From Desulfobacterales bacterium (GTDB taxonomy: Bacteria > Desulfobacterota > Desulfobacteria > Desulfobacterales > Desulfosalsimonadaceae): 27,629 nt of DNA. The stretch is taken from contig SKZX01000203.1 in assembly GCA_007127175.1 (NCBI GenBank), positions 1 through 27,629 of the forward strand, given 5' to 3'. This document shows positions 7,540 through 16,726 of this stretch, one piece after another; position 1 is the first letter of the stretch, and every line of letters starts with the position of its first letter. The translations under genes were made by a program, and so were the position numbers. The notes beneath the pieces are model-generated. The model made no database searches. It had not been told where the DNA came from and was given only the letters and a program-made list of their open reading frames with translations.

Positions 7540-8508
7540 CTATTCCTTTGCGCCGCCGCCGATTCCGGGGCCGGCCTTGTAAAAAAACCGCGCCATGGGG
7601 GCATGAAAACCGGTCCAGTCGGCACCCGGGTCCTGGCTGCGCATAAAATCCCTTATGCCGTTTATCTTTGAATCGATTTCATCCAGGTAATTGAGCAAAA
7701 CGGCTTCCAGCGTCTTGGGGGGTTCCGGCGACCCGAACTCCCGGCTGCCGTGATGACTGACGACCAGGTGTTTGAGCATCAGGGCGGTTTTGGCTGGAAA
7801 ATCCGGGATTCCGGCTATTTTTTCCTCGATCATGCCGATACCGATCACAATGTGGTTCACAAGGCGCCCCTCGTCTGTATAGTCAATCCGGGTGTCGTAT
7901 TCAAACTCCCGGATTTTGCCGATATCGTGCAGCACGCATCCTGCCAGGAGCATATCCCGGTCAATGCCGTCATAATGATCCGCCACCCGGTCACACAGCA
8001 GCGCCATGGACAGCGTGTGCTCGAGCAGGCCGCCGATATAGGCATGGTGCATCATCTTGGCAGCAGGCGCTTTTATAAACGATGAAACAAAATCCTTGTC
8101 CGCCCAGAAAAGTCCGAACAACCTGCGAAGGCTCCCGTTTTTGATCGTTTCCGTAATGGATTGAAGCCGTGCAAGCATCTGCAAGGGGTCCCGCGAGGTG
8201 ACGGGCAGAAAATCAGACGGGTCAATACCCGCGCTGACCTTTTCAATCCGCTTGACCACGATCTGGGGGTTCCCCTTGTATTCGGAAACGCTTCCCGCCA
8301 CGCGGATGATATCGCCGGCTGCACACAGGCCGGACAACTGATCCGCGTTGTCCCACGCAACACCCTTTATGCGGCCGGTTTTATCGGCAATGGTCAGGCT
8401 CAGGTATGCCTCCCCGTTCCGCTTTACGCCCCGCACCTTTTCGGCCAGGGCAAAAAGGTCGTCAACCGCATCTCCGGCTTTCAATTGATTGACATACCTG
8501 CTTTTCAT
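7540..8508 (-). CDS. yhaM: YhaM/Cbf1-family 3'-5' exoribonuclease (OB-fold + HD)
   Basis: N-terminal OB-fold (YLSLTIADKTGRIKGVAW); HHAYIGGLLEHT, LHDIGK, SHHG and DEID HD motifs. Confidence 0.85.
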   Translation of the reverse strand: MKSRYVNQLKAGDAVDDLFALAEKVRGVKRNGEAYLSLTIADKTGRIKGVAWDNADQLSGLCAAGDIIRVAGSVSEYKGNPQIVVKRIEKVSAGIDPSDFLPVTSRDPLQMLARLQSITETIKNGSLRRLFGLFWADKDFVSSFIKAPAAKMMHHAYIGGLLEHTLSMALLCDRVADHYDGIDRDMLLAGCVLHDIGKIREFEYDTRIDYTDEGRLVNHIVIGIGMIEEKIAGIPDFPAKTALMLKHLVVSHHGSREFGSPEPPKTLEAVLLNYLDEIDSKINGIRDFMRSQDPGADWTGFHAPMARFFYKAGPGIGGGAKE

Positions 8509-8680
8509 TTCTCCGCCTTGCCCCGTATCCGGTACGGGTCGGTGTTATTGCCTTGACATTTTTAAGATTTCGGTTTTTTATACTCAAAATTTCCTGCGCC
8601 ATCAAGGATATTAATCAGAAATTAACATTTTACGGCATCACCGGCCCCTGTCCCCCTCAAAATGGCATAACGGTAACACA

Positions 8681-10936
8681 ATGATGCATTATCGCCTGAA
8701 CGGACATTTGGCACTCCTGGTGAAAACTGTCTCCGTAGCCGTGCTTTTTTTACTTTTGACGGCATATTCGTTCCGGACGGAAGCAGCCGCGCCGGAAGCG
8801 GATGCGGGCAGCCGCCCCTATCGGATACAGGCGGACAGGATCACTTACAATCCTGTTGAAAAAGCGTATACAGCAGAAGGGGATGTGGTCGTCACACACC
8901 TTGAAAGCCGGCTCAGGGCCGACCGGGTGCAGGTAAACACTGACGATATGGTTGTCCGCGCATCAGGGGGCGTTTTTTTCACCACGGGAGAAGACACCCT
9001 CGAAGGCGACCGCCTCATCATGAACCTGGCCGAACAGACCGGTACCCTTTATTCCGGCCGTATTTTCATCGAGGAAAGCAACTTCCATATCAAGGGCGAA
9101 CGGATCATGAAAACCGGGAAGGACACCTATGCCATCAACGGTGCCTGCCTGACCACCTGTGACCCGGAAAACCCTGACTGGAGCATAACCAGCGCCCATG
9201 TCAACGTGACGATCGACGGGTATGGCACACTGCGGCACGGGGCTTTCAGAGTCAGAAACATCCCGGTTTTCTATACGCCCTATCTTTTCTTTCCGGCTAA
9301 AACCAAGCGGCAGTCCGGCCTTCTCTTTCCGCACCTGGAGTACTCGTCAAGAAACGGCATCATATTTATACAGCCCTATTTCTGGGCCATCAGCGATCAT
9401 ATGGATGCGACGTTTTATTATCATCATATTCAGCAGCGGGGTGAAAAAGCAGGCATCGAATATCGGTACATGGCCGGAGAGGCCTCAAAAGGAACGGTCA
9501 TGCTCGACGGGTTCAAGGACCGCAGGGTGGATGACGACCCGGATGACCCTGAACGGAAATGGGGCTATACCGACGACCGGTTCCTGCGGCCCAATTCCGA
9601 TCGCTACTGGTTTCGGATGAAGGCCGACCAGGCGCTGCCGGCCGATTTTTCGGCCCGGCTCGACCTTGACGTTGTCAGCGACCAGGACTACCTGCGCGAT
9701 TTTCGCGGCGGCTATACCGGGCACGGACACACCGAAAACGTTTTCCAATCCGAATTCGACAGGGGAATAGACGACCGGAACGACCGGGTTCGTGAAAACC
9801 GGCTGAACCTGAACCGAACATGGCCGACAGCTTCCCTGAATGCCGACGCGGTATGGCACGACGACGTGGTGGCCCGCCGGCAGATGGATACCAACCCAAC
9901 GCTTCAGCGCCTGCCGATGATCAGCTACAGCATGCTGAAACAGCCGGTTTTTCACAACCGCCTGTACGGCGCCATGAACACCGAGTATGCGTATTTCTTC
10001 CGGGAAGACGGGGTTACCGGCCACCGTGCGGATCTTCACCCGCGCATCTTTTTCCCCTTATACCCTGCCGGGCGCTTCATGCTTGAACCCTACGCAGGAT
10101 TTCGCCAGACCGTATGGTACACCGACGCGGCCAGAGATGATATTGCCGCCGACAACCGGCTTGACCCTGACCTGCAGCGCTATACCCAAAGGGGCATCTA
10201 TGATTTGGGGGCGGACCTGACCACGGATTTTCACCGGGTATTTCCGGTATCCGCATTCGGCATTGAAAAGGTCCGGCATGGCGTCCTGCCCCGCATACGG
10301 TATTCATACATTCCGGATGTCCGGCAATCCGAATACCCGGATTTCGATGAAATCGACCGCATCGATGAGGAAAACCAGGTATCTTTTTCCATGACCCACT
10401 TTTTTACCTCCAGGCATACGGTCACACGCCCAGGGGCAGATCCCGAGGCCTCATACAATATGTTCGCCCGTTTCATGGTCGAACAGCCCTACGATTTTAA
10501 TCATGAAGAAAGCGCTGACGCGTTCCTTCCCCTTTATGCCGAGCTCGACATCACACCGGCCCGCCTGTTTGCGCTTCATGCCGACGCCCGCTACAGCCAC
10601 CAGGAAGACGCTTTTACCCGGAGCAACACCTCCCTGAGGTTCAGAGACATGCTGGGCAGCCGTTTTCGTGTGGATTACCGGTACACCAGGGATGCCAGCA
10701 AAACATTGAAACTGGGCCTTGAAGTGCCCGTCCGGGAATGGCTGACGATCTACGGCGATTTCGAAAGAAGCCTCATCGATCATACAACCGTTGAATCCGG
10801 TATTGGCTTCCTGTATCAGACGGACTGCTGGAGCGCCGATTTTTCGTACCGGGCTCTGGAGGACCTGGATGGTTCAAGGGATGAGCGCTATTACCTGCTC
10901 ATACGCCTTTTCGGCATCGGCGAATTCGGGAATTAG
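8681..10936 (+). CDS. lptD: LPS-assembly outer-membrane protein LptD
   Basis: Signal-like N-terminus; OstA-like domain (IQADRITY); TTCDPENPDWSI; PYLFFP...RQSGLLFP; aromatic-rich beta-barrel strands; 751 aa. Confidence 0.9.
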   Translation: MMHYRLNGHLALLVKTVSVAVLFLLLTAYSFRTEAAAPEADAGSRPYRIQADRITYNPVEKAYTAEGDVVVTHLESRLRADRVQVNTDDMVVRASGGVFFTTGEDTLEGDRLIMNLAEQTGTLYSGRIFIEESNFHIKGERIMKTGKDTYAINGACLTTCDPENPDWSITSAHVNVTIDGYGTLRHGAFRVRNIPVFYTPYLFFPAKTKRQSGLLFPHLEYSSRNGIIFIQPYFWAISDHMDATFYYHHIQQRGEKAGIEYRYMAGEASKGTVMLDGFKDRRVDDDPDDPERKWGYTDDRFLRPNSDRYWFRMKADQALPADFSARLDLDVVSDQDYLRDFRGGYTGHGHTENVFQSEFDRGIDDRNDRVRENRLNLNRTWPTASLNADAVWHDDVVARRQMDTNPTLQRLPMISYSMLKQPVFHNRLYGAMNTEYAYFFREDGVTGHRADLHPRIFFPLYPAGRFMLEPYAGFRQTVWYTDAARDDIAADNRLDPDLQRYTQRGIYDLGADLTTDFHRVFPVSAFGIEKVRHGVLPRIRYSYIPDVRQSEYPDFDEIDRIDEENQVSFSMTHFFTSRHTVTRPGADPEASYNMFARFMVEQPYDFNHEESADAFLPLYAELDITPARLFALHADARYSHQEDAFTRSNTSLRFRDMLGSRFRVDYRYTRDASKTLKLGLEVPVREWLTIYGDFERSLIDHTTVESGIGFLYQTDCWSADFSYRALEDLDGSRDERYYLLIRLFGIGEFGN

Positions 10937-10953
10937 GCCCCGGCTTTAACCGC

Positions 10954-10980
10954 TTGACTTTCTATAAATTTACGTATATT
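10954..10980 (+). promoter_or_regulatory. Possible sigma70 promoter for the ihfB-holB-ricT-metG unit
   Basis: TTGACT (10954-10959) and TATATT (10975-10980), 15-nt spacer, in an AT-rich gap. Confidence 0.3.
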
Positions 10981-11021
10981 TAGGGATATATTTGTGATGC
11001 CCACGTAACAAGTCGCGATCA

Positions 11022-11146
11022 GACGGCTGTGAAAAAAAACCAAGATCAAGGCTTGCGCAATTTCGAAGAATGCAGAATACTCAGCTTACGAAAAATTCTG
11101 AGGAAGTTGGACATAACGCAGATATTGGACTTTTTTCACAACCGTC
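11022..11146 (+). repeat. ~125-bp palindromic REP/MITE-like element, copy 2 (inverted relative to copy 1)
   Basis: Terminal stem GACGGCTGTGAAAAAA...TTTTTTCACAACCGTC. Shares 34-, 14- and 12-bp identical blocks with copy 1. Confidence 0.85.
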
Positions 11147-11191
11147 AATTATATATAATTACCGGTATTCTCAGGTTCAACAGGAGGAACA

Positions 11192-11467
11192 ATGAATAAA
11201 CTTGAAATGATCTCTGCGCTTAACAAAGAAGCCAATATATCCAAATCTGAAGCCGCCAGAGTGGTCCAGATCTTTTTCGATTCCATGGCCGACGCCCTTG
11301 CCCAGGAGGAACGTATTGAAATCCGAGGGCTTTGCAGCTTTTTTATAAAAAACTACAAGAGCTATACCGGCAGGAATCCCAAAACCGGCGACAAGGTCCA
11401 GATTCAACCCAAGAAACTCCCCTTCTTCAAGTGCGGCAAAGAACTGAGAGAACGTGTCAACAGCTAA
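11192..11467 (+). CDS. ihfB: HU/IHF-family DNA-binding protein (IHF-beta-like)
   Basis: RIEIRG..SF, GRNPKTG, PFFKCGKELRERV; AGGAGG SD at 11182-11187. Confidence 0.85.
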   Translation: MNKLEMISALNKEANISKSEAARVVQIFFDSMADALAQEERIEIRGLCSFFIKNYKSYTGRNPKTGDKVQIQPKKLPFFKCGKELRERVNS

Positions 11468-12497
11468 CGGCAACCGGTCCGATAATTGCGCTAAGGGTTT
11501 TGATGCGATAATCGGCCAGCAGCGGCAAATACACATGCTTGCCGCAGCGTTGCAGAAAAATGAAGTGCCGCATGCCATGCTTTTTACGGGCGAGGCGGGC
11601 GTCGGGAAAAAAACAACAGCCATCAATTTTTCAAAGGCCTGCAACTGCGAACGCCCAATGCCCCTGGCAGGCGGCGCCGCTTTTTCCGGACGCCTGAACC
11701 CGTGCGGTACCTGCCGGCCATGCAGAAAAATCGATTCCTTCAGCCATCCGGATTTTCATTATATCAAACCCCCCGGTGCAACCATCAGGATAGAACAGAT
11801 ACGTGCCCTTTGCAGCGCCCTTGCATTAAGGCCCAATGAAGCGTCGCTTCGCATCGTAGTGATCTCGGACGCACACCTGTTGAATGCGGAAGCCGGAAAC
11901 GCGCTTCTCAAAATTCTTGAGGAACCGCCGGATAAAACGGTTATGATCCTGACCGCCCCGGAGGCCGCCGATTTGCTGCCGACAATTGTTTCACGGTGCA
12001 GGCATTTCCGCTTCAACCCGATTCCCGAAGACCGTCTGGAGGCATACCTGATTGAAACGCGGGGCATACCGGGTGAAAAAGCTATGGTCATCGCTTCCCT
12101 GGCGGGGGGAAGTATCGGCCGCGCCCTTTCCATGGAAGGTGACACGTCGATTATGGACCTGCGCAGGCGCGTCATCGAATGGATGGAAATCCTTTTCAAA
12201 AACCCCTCAGGGAACGATTTATACTTTTCTGAAGCGATTGCAGCAGATAAAATAACCCTTGGCCTTTCCCTGGATATTATGAAATCATGGGTGCGCGATC
12301 TGGCCATCGCAAAACACACCCCGGAAAAAATATACAACCGGGATTACAGGGAGAGGCTTTTGGCCTTGTCGGAACAAGCGGACCCGGACGGCCTTATTGA
12401 AAAGGCGGACGCCGTGTGGCAGGCCGAACGCGCGTTAAAGACCAACGCAAACCCCCGGCTTGCGGTCGAGGCGATGGTGATGAAATTCTCGGGTTAA
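11454..12497 (+). CDS. holB: DNA polymerase III subunit delta'
   Basis: IIGQ; HAMLFTGEAGVGKKTTA; CGTCRPC Zn site; HPDF; AGNALLKILEEPP; LLPTIVSRC. Confidence 0.93.
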   Translation: MSTANGNRSDNCAKGFDAIIGQQRQIHMLAAALQKNEVPHAMLFTGEAGVGKKTTAINFSKACNCERPMPLAGGAAFSGRLNPCGTCRPCRKIDSFSHPDFHYIKPPGATIRIEQIRALCSALALRPNEASLRIVVISDAHLLNAEAGNALLKILEEPPDKTVMILTAPEAADLLPTIVSRCRHFRFNPIPEDRLEAYLIETRGIPGEKAMVIASLAGGSIGRALSMEGDTSIMDLRRRVIEWMEILFKNPSGNDLYFSEAIAADKITLGLSLDIMKSWVRDLAIAKHTPEKIYNRDYRERLLALSEQADPDGLIEKADAVWQAERALKTNANPRLAVEAMVMKFSG

Positions 12498-12558
12498 CCG
12501 ATGCCGCCGCAACCCGCTGTTTTTGTATAACTATTTCAAATGATATGATATAAAAAAC

Positions 12559-13311
12559 ATGATGAAAATAATCGGCATCCGGTTCAAACCGGCCGGAAAA
12601 ATATACCATTTCAATTGCGGCGCTTACGTTTTGAAAGTGGGCGACAAGGTGCTCGTGGAAACCGAGCACGGCCTGGGGTTCGGCATTGTGACAACGCCGC
12701 CCGTTGTCATTGATCCGGACCAGTCCAAGCAGCCCCTGAAGAAGATCTATCGCCCGGCGACGGAAGATGATTTAAAGCAGCTTGAAGCCAATACAACAGC
12801 TGAAAACCAGGCATATCAATTCTGCAGCGAAAGCATAAAGTCCCTTGACCTGGAGATGAACCTGTTTGCGGTGGAAAGCAATTTCGAAGGCAGCAAGCTG
12901 ACCTTTTTTTTCACCGCCGACGGCCGGGTCGATTTCAGGAAACTGGTCAAGCTGCTGGTCAAGCAGTTTCGAAGCAAAATTGAAATGCGGCAGGTGGGCA
13001 TCCGGAACCAGGCCAAGATGTGCGGGGGAATCGGGCGCTGCGGCCGCCAGCTCTGCTGCTCCTGCTTTTTGACCAAATTCGACCCCGTAACGATCAAAAT
13101 GGCAAAAAAACAGGGCTTATCCCTGAACCCCACAAAAATTTCAGGTGTTTGTGGCCGGCTCATGTGCTGCCTGACCTTTGAATATGATTATTACGACAAG
13201 GCCAGCGGCACCCATCCGGGAAAGGCGGCTGCGACGGATGAGAAAGCAATGCCGGGGACAAAAAACCACAGGCCTGCGAATCAAAAACAGAAAACGGAAA
13301 AAACAAAATGA
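12559..13311 (+). CDS. ricT: PSP1-domain protein (RicT/YaaT family)
   Basis: FFFTADGRVDFRKLVK, IEMRQVGIR, GGIGRCGRQLCC, LSLNPTKISGVCGRLMCCL. Sits in the classic holB-yaaT-metG order. Confidence 0.9.
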   Translation: MMKIIGIRFKPAGKIYHFNCGAYVLKVGDKVLVETEHGLGFGIVTTPPVVIDPDQSKQPLKKIYRPATEDDLKQLEANTTAENQAYQFCSESIKSLDLEMNLFAVESNFEGSKLTFFFTADGRVDFRKLVKLLVKQFRSKIEMRQVGIRNQAKMCGGIGRCGRQLCCSCFLTKFDPVTIKMAKKQGLSLNPTKISGVCGRLMCCLTFEYDYYDKASGTHPGKAAATDEKAMPGTKNHRPANQKQKTEKTK

Positions 13312-15230
13312 CCGCTCCTTTTTACATAACAACGCCGATCTATTACGTAAACGCCAAGCCCCACCTTGGGCACACCTATACGACCATCGCAACTGATGTG
13401 GCCCGCCGCTACCATGACATGCTGGGCGCGGAAACCTTCATGCTGACCGGAACGGACGAACACGGCGACAAGATTGTCAAGGCCGCGGAAAAAAACGGGC
13501 AAAGCCCCAGGGAATATGCGGACAGGATCAGCCGCCTGTTTGCAGAACTGTGGCCCGAACTCAACATCCACTGCGATCATTTCATACGGACGACGGATGC
13601 GTCCCATATTGCGGTTGTCATCGATATCCTTCAGAAAATCTACGACAAAGGTGATATTTATTACAGCGAATACGAAGGTTTATACTGTTTCGGGTGCGAA
13701 CGCTTCTTCAACGAACGGGAACTCGTTGACGGCAAATGCCCCGATCACGGCACGCCCCCGGATGTCATCAAGGAATCCAACTATTTTTTCAAAATGAGCC
13801 GCTACCAGCAATGGCTGATCGATTCCCTCACGGACAACCCCGACCTGATACGGCCTGCGCGCTACCGGAACGAGGTGCTGTCATTTCTGAAGGAACCCCT
13901 TGAAGACCTGTGCATTTCAAGGCCCAAAAGCCGTCTTCAATGGGGCATCACCCTTCCTTTTGACGACCGTTATGTCACCTACGTCTGGTTTGACGCCCTC
14001 ATCAACTATGTATCCGCGCTTGGCTACCCGGACGGCGAACATTTCAAGAAATTCTGGCCGCACGTTCATCACGTCGTGGCCAAAGACATCCTCAAGCCGC
14101 ACGGCATCTACTGGCCGACCATGCTGAAGGCCGCCGGCATAGACGCTTACAAGCACCTGATGGTGCACGGCTACTGGAACGTTGAAGATTCAAAAATGTC
14201 TAAAAGCCTGGGCAACGTGGTAGACCCCATCTACCTGAAAGAAACCTATTCCACGGATGCCATACGCTACTTTCTCATGCGCGAAATGGTCTTTGGCCTG
14301 GATTCGAGTTTCTCGGAGACATCCATCATCAACCGGATCAATTCGGACCTGGCCAACGATTTGGGCAACCTGTTTTCCAGGGTCCTGGGAATGTTTCACA
14401 AATACTTCAAATCAACGGTGCCGGAATTCGATCCCGACGCAAAAAGCGATTTCCAGCTGGATTTGAAGTCGGATGCCCAAACAGCCATCTCCGATTTCTG
14501 CAAGGCCATGGACAATTTTGAATTCCACAAGGCGCTGGTGGCTGTCTGGGAGTATATCGGGAAAATGAACAAATACGTTGATGTTACGGCCCCCTGGGAG
14601 CTGGCCAAAAAAAAGGAGGCGAAAAAACAGCTCGACACAGTCATCGGCAACCTTCTGGAAGGCTTGCGGGTGGTATCCGGGCTCATTTACCCCGTAATGC
14701 CTGAAACGGCTGCAACCATGCAGAAACACCTTGGCATGGATGCCGAAAAGCCCTTTTACCGGATCCGGGAAATCCGCGAATGGCCGCAAATACCGCCAAA
14801 CCAGGTTTTGCCCAAGGCGGTGAGCCTGTTTCCCAGGATCGACCCGGAAACCATTCTCGGGCCGGCGGCTTCCGGCGAAACGCATGAACCGGCAGCGCCT
14901 ATCGAACCGGAAATCGGATTTGAAGAATTTTCCAGGATCGATTTGCGGGCCGCAACGGTTTTGAAGGCCGAAAAAATACCAAAGGCCGACAAACTGCTCA
15001 AGCTCGAGATAGACCTCGGGAACCACACCCGGACCATCGTGGCCGGCATTGCCAAGTTCTACACCCCGGATGAGCTCATCGGAAAAAGCATTGTCGTCCT
15101 GGCCAACCTGAAACCGGCAAAGCTCATGGGGGTTGAGTCAAAGGGCATGCTGCTGGCCGCCGTGGAAAAAAACGCCTGTTCCGTTGCCGTGCTGGACCGT
15201 GAAATGCCCGCCGGCGCACGGTTGAAGTAA
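13308..15230 (+). CDS. metG: Methionyl-tRNA synthetase with C-terminal tRNA-binding (Trbp111-like) domain
   Basis: TTPIYYVNAKPHLGH (HIGH), GTDEHG, CFGC...CPDH knuckle, YVWFDAL, KMSKSLGN, C-terminal LANLKPAKLMGVESKGMLL. Confidence 0.97.
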   Translation: MTAPFYITTPIYYVNAKPHLGHTYTTIATDVARRYHDMLGAETFMLTGTDEHGDKIVKAAEKNGQSPREYADRISRLFAELWPELNIHCDHFIRTTDASHIAVVIDILQKIYDKGDIYYSEYEGLYCFGCERFFNERELVDGKCPDHGTPPDVIKESNYFFKMSRYQQWLIDSLTDNPDLIRPARYRNEVLSFLKEPLEDLCISRPKSRLQWGITLPFDDRYVTYVWFDALINYVSALGYPDGEHFKKFWPHVHHVVAKDILKPHGIYWPTMLKAAGIDAYKHLMVHGYWNVEDSKMSKSLGNVVDPIYLKETYSTDAIRYFLMREMVFGLDSSFSETSIINRINSDLANDLGNLFSRVLGMFHKYFKSTVPEFDPDAKSDFQLDLKSDAQTAISDFCKAMDNFEFHKALVAVWEYIGKMNKYVDVTAPWELAKKKEAKKQLDTVIGNLLEGLRVVSGLIYPVMPETAATMQKHLGMDAEKPFYRIREIREWPQIPPNQVLPKAVSLFPRIDPETILGPAASGETHEPAAPIEPEIGFEEFSRIDLRAATVLKAEKIPKADKLLKLEIDLGNHTRTIVAGIAKFYTPDELIGKSIVVLANLKPAKLMGVESKGMLLAAVEKNACSVAVLDREMPAGARLK

Positions 15231-15309
15231 CCGGCCAAACCGATGTCCGGACGGGAAAACAGCCTCATTTCAAAGAAACATAAACGATAATCAATTACCA
15301 CGGTAAAGT

Positions 15310-16722
15310 ATGTTCAAGCGAAAGAAAAAACCCGGTGGTTATCGGTTTCAAAACATGGCCACGCCTGCTGCAAAATGGCGCGGCTACCAGAACACCATAC
15401 GGATTCATGATGAAAGAAGACAGGCGCTTCGCCGGATGCCCTGGTATTTCGTTGTGCTGCTGGTTTCTGCCGCGCTGATCCAGGGCGGGTTTTATGTACT
15501 CGATCATCGGATGGCCGCCGCACCCAAAGCGCCGGCATCCCTCTACCCGCCTGACGTGGAGCCCCTTGACCGGGAAGGGATTCGCAAAATCCTCACACCA
15601 GACCGTTTTCTCAACATGGCTGAAAAAAATATTGAAATCCGGACCGGTGGAACCCATTACCAGATTTACACGAGCATCGACCCGGACCTCCAGAATGCCA
15701 TTATCCGGTCTCTTGACACCCGGCATGCCAACAGGATCGGCATTGTCGCCATCGAGGCGGATACCGGCCGGGTTCTGGCACTGGTTTCGCACAACGATGA
15801 CGACCCGGATCAGAACGCCTGCCTGGCGGCCGATCTTCCCGCCGCAAGCTTATTCAAGATTGTCACGGCCGCAGCAGCCATGGAAGCCGGCGGGTTTGAG
15901 CACCAGAGCCGGATGGCCTTCAACGGGGGAAAATTTACCTTGTACAGGCGGCAGCTGACTGACCAGGAAAACCGGTACACCAATTATTCGAACCTGAAAG
16001 CCGCCTTTGCCGAATCGATCAACCCGGTTTTTGGAAAGCTCGGGAAAAACGAACTGGGCAAAGATATCCTCACCGACTATGGCCTGGCGTATTATTTCAA
16101 CCAGGGTATTGATTTTGACCTGCCCGTGGACCAAAGCACCTTGAAAATATCCGATACACCTTACAATTGGGCGGAAATCGCCTCCGGCTTCAACCGGACC
16201 ACAACCATATCGCCCCTGCATGCCGCCCTGATCGCCGCCTCCGTTGTAAACGGCGGGCGCATCATGGAGCCGTCCATTGTCGATGTGGCGGCCAGGGAAA
16301 ACCGGACGGTTTACCGGCGGCGGCCTGCAATGGCAGCACGCACGGTTGAACCCGGAACACTGGAAGGCCTGGACACGCTCATGAATGCCACCATCACCCG
16401 GGGCACCGCAAGAAGTCTGTTTGCAGGGTCTTCAAGGGACCCGGTCCTGTCGAAGCTCCGCATGGGCGGAAAGACAGGCGCACTCAACAACAATGCCAGA
16501 CAGATCCGTTATGACTGGTTTACCGGGTATGCCCTGGACCCTGAAGGCTCGGGAAAAATCGCCATCGGTGTCATCGTTGCCCACAAGGAATACATCGGTA
16601 AACGGGCTGCCACATATTTCAGGCAGGCGGTGGCCGCCTATTTCAGAGACCGGCTTTCGCAAACGGAAAACATGCAAAGGACAGACAATATTGCCGGTGA
16701 AAACAATAAAAAACCTGCATGA
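15310..16722 (+). CDS. Membrane-anchored penicillin-binding protein (transpeptidase domain), 470 aa
   Basis: N-terminal TM helix; SLFK (SxxK), SIN (SxN) and KTG motifs, in order. Confidence 0.88.
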   Translation: MFKRKKKPGGYRFQNMATPAAKWRGYQNTIRIHDERRQALRRMPWYFVVLLVSAALIQGGFYVLDHRMAAAPKAPASLYPPDVEPLDREGIRKILTPDRFLNMAEKNIEIRTGGTHYQIYTSIDPDLQNAIIRSLDTRHANRIGIVAIEADTGRVLALVSHNDDDPDQNACLAADLPAASLFKIVTAAAAMEAGGFEHQSRMAFNGGKFTLYRRQLTDQENRYTNYSNLKAAFAESINPVFGKLGKNELGKDILTDYGLAYYFNQGIDFDLPVDQSTLKISDTPYNWAEIASGFNRTTTISPLHAALIAASVVNGGRIMEPSIVDVAARENRTVYRRRPAMAARTVEPGTLEGLDTLMNATITRGTARSLFAGSSRDPVLSKLRMGGKTGALNNNARQIRYDWFTGYALDPEGSGKIAIGVIVAHKEYIGKRAATYFRQAVAAYFRDRLSQTENMQRTDNIAGENNKKPA

Positions 16723-16726
16723 GCAG

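Noticed and set aside
7533-7625. N-terminal extension of Tmk
   Set aside because: It overlaps the yhaM 3' end. The family N-terminus starts at MLITMEG.
8522-8538. Hairpin CCCGTA-TCCGG-TACGGG upstream of the yhaM SD
   Set aside because: A 6-bp stem with no U-tract is expected by chance at this GC content.
8553-8584. TTGACA...TATACT promoter for lptD
   Set aside because: The 20-nt spacer is too long for a confident sigma70 call.
73-13311. rnj, yhaM and ricT as an RNA-decay cluster
   Set aside because: They are in separate transcription units, and ricT's position is explained by conserved holB-yaaT-metG order.
16385-16726. N-terminal 114 aa of the 1357-aa ORF
   Set aside because: It overlaps the PBP C-terminus, including its KTG motif, in another frame. 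ATG 16727 is the more plausible start.
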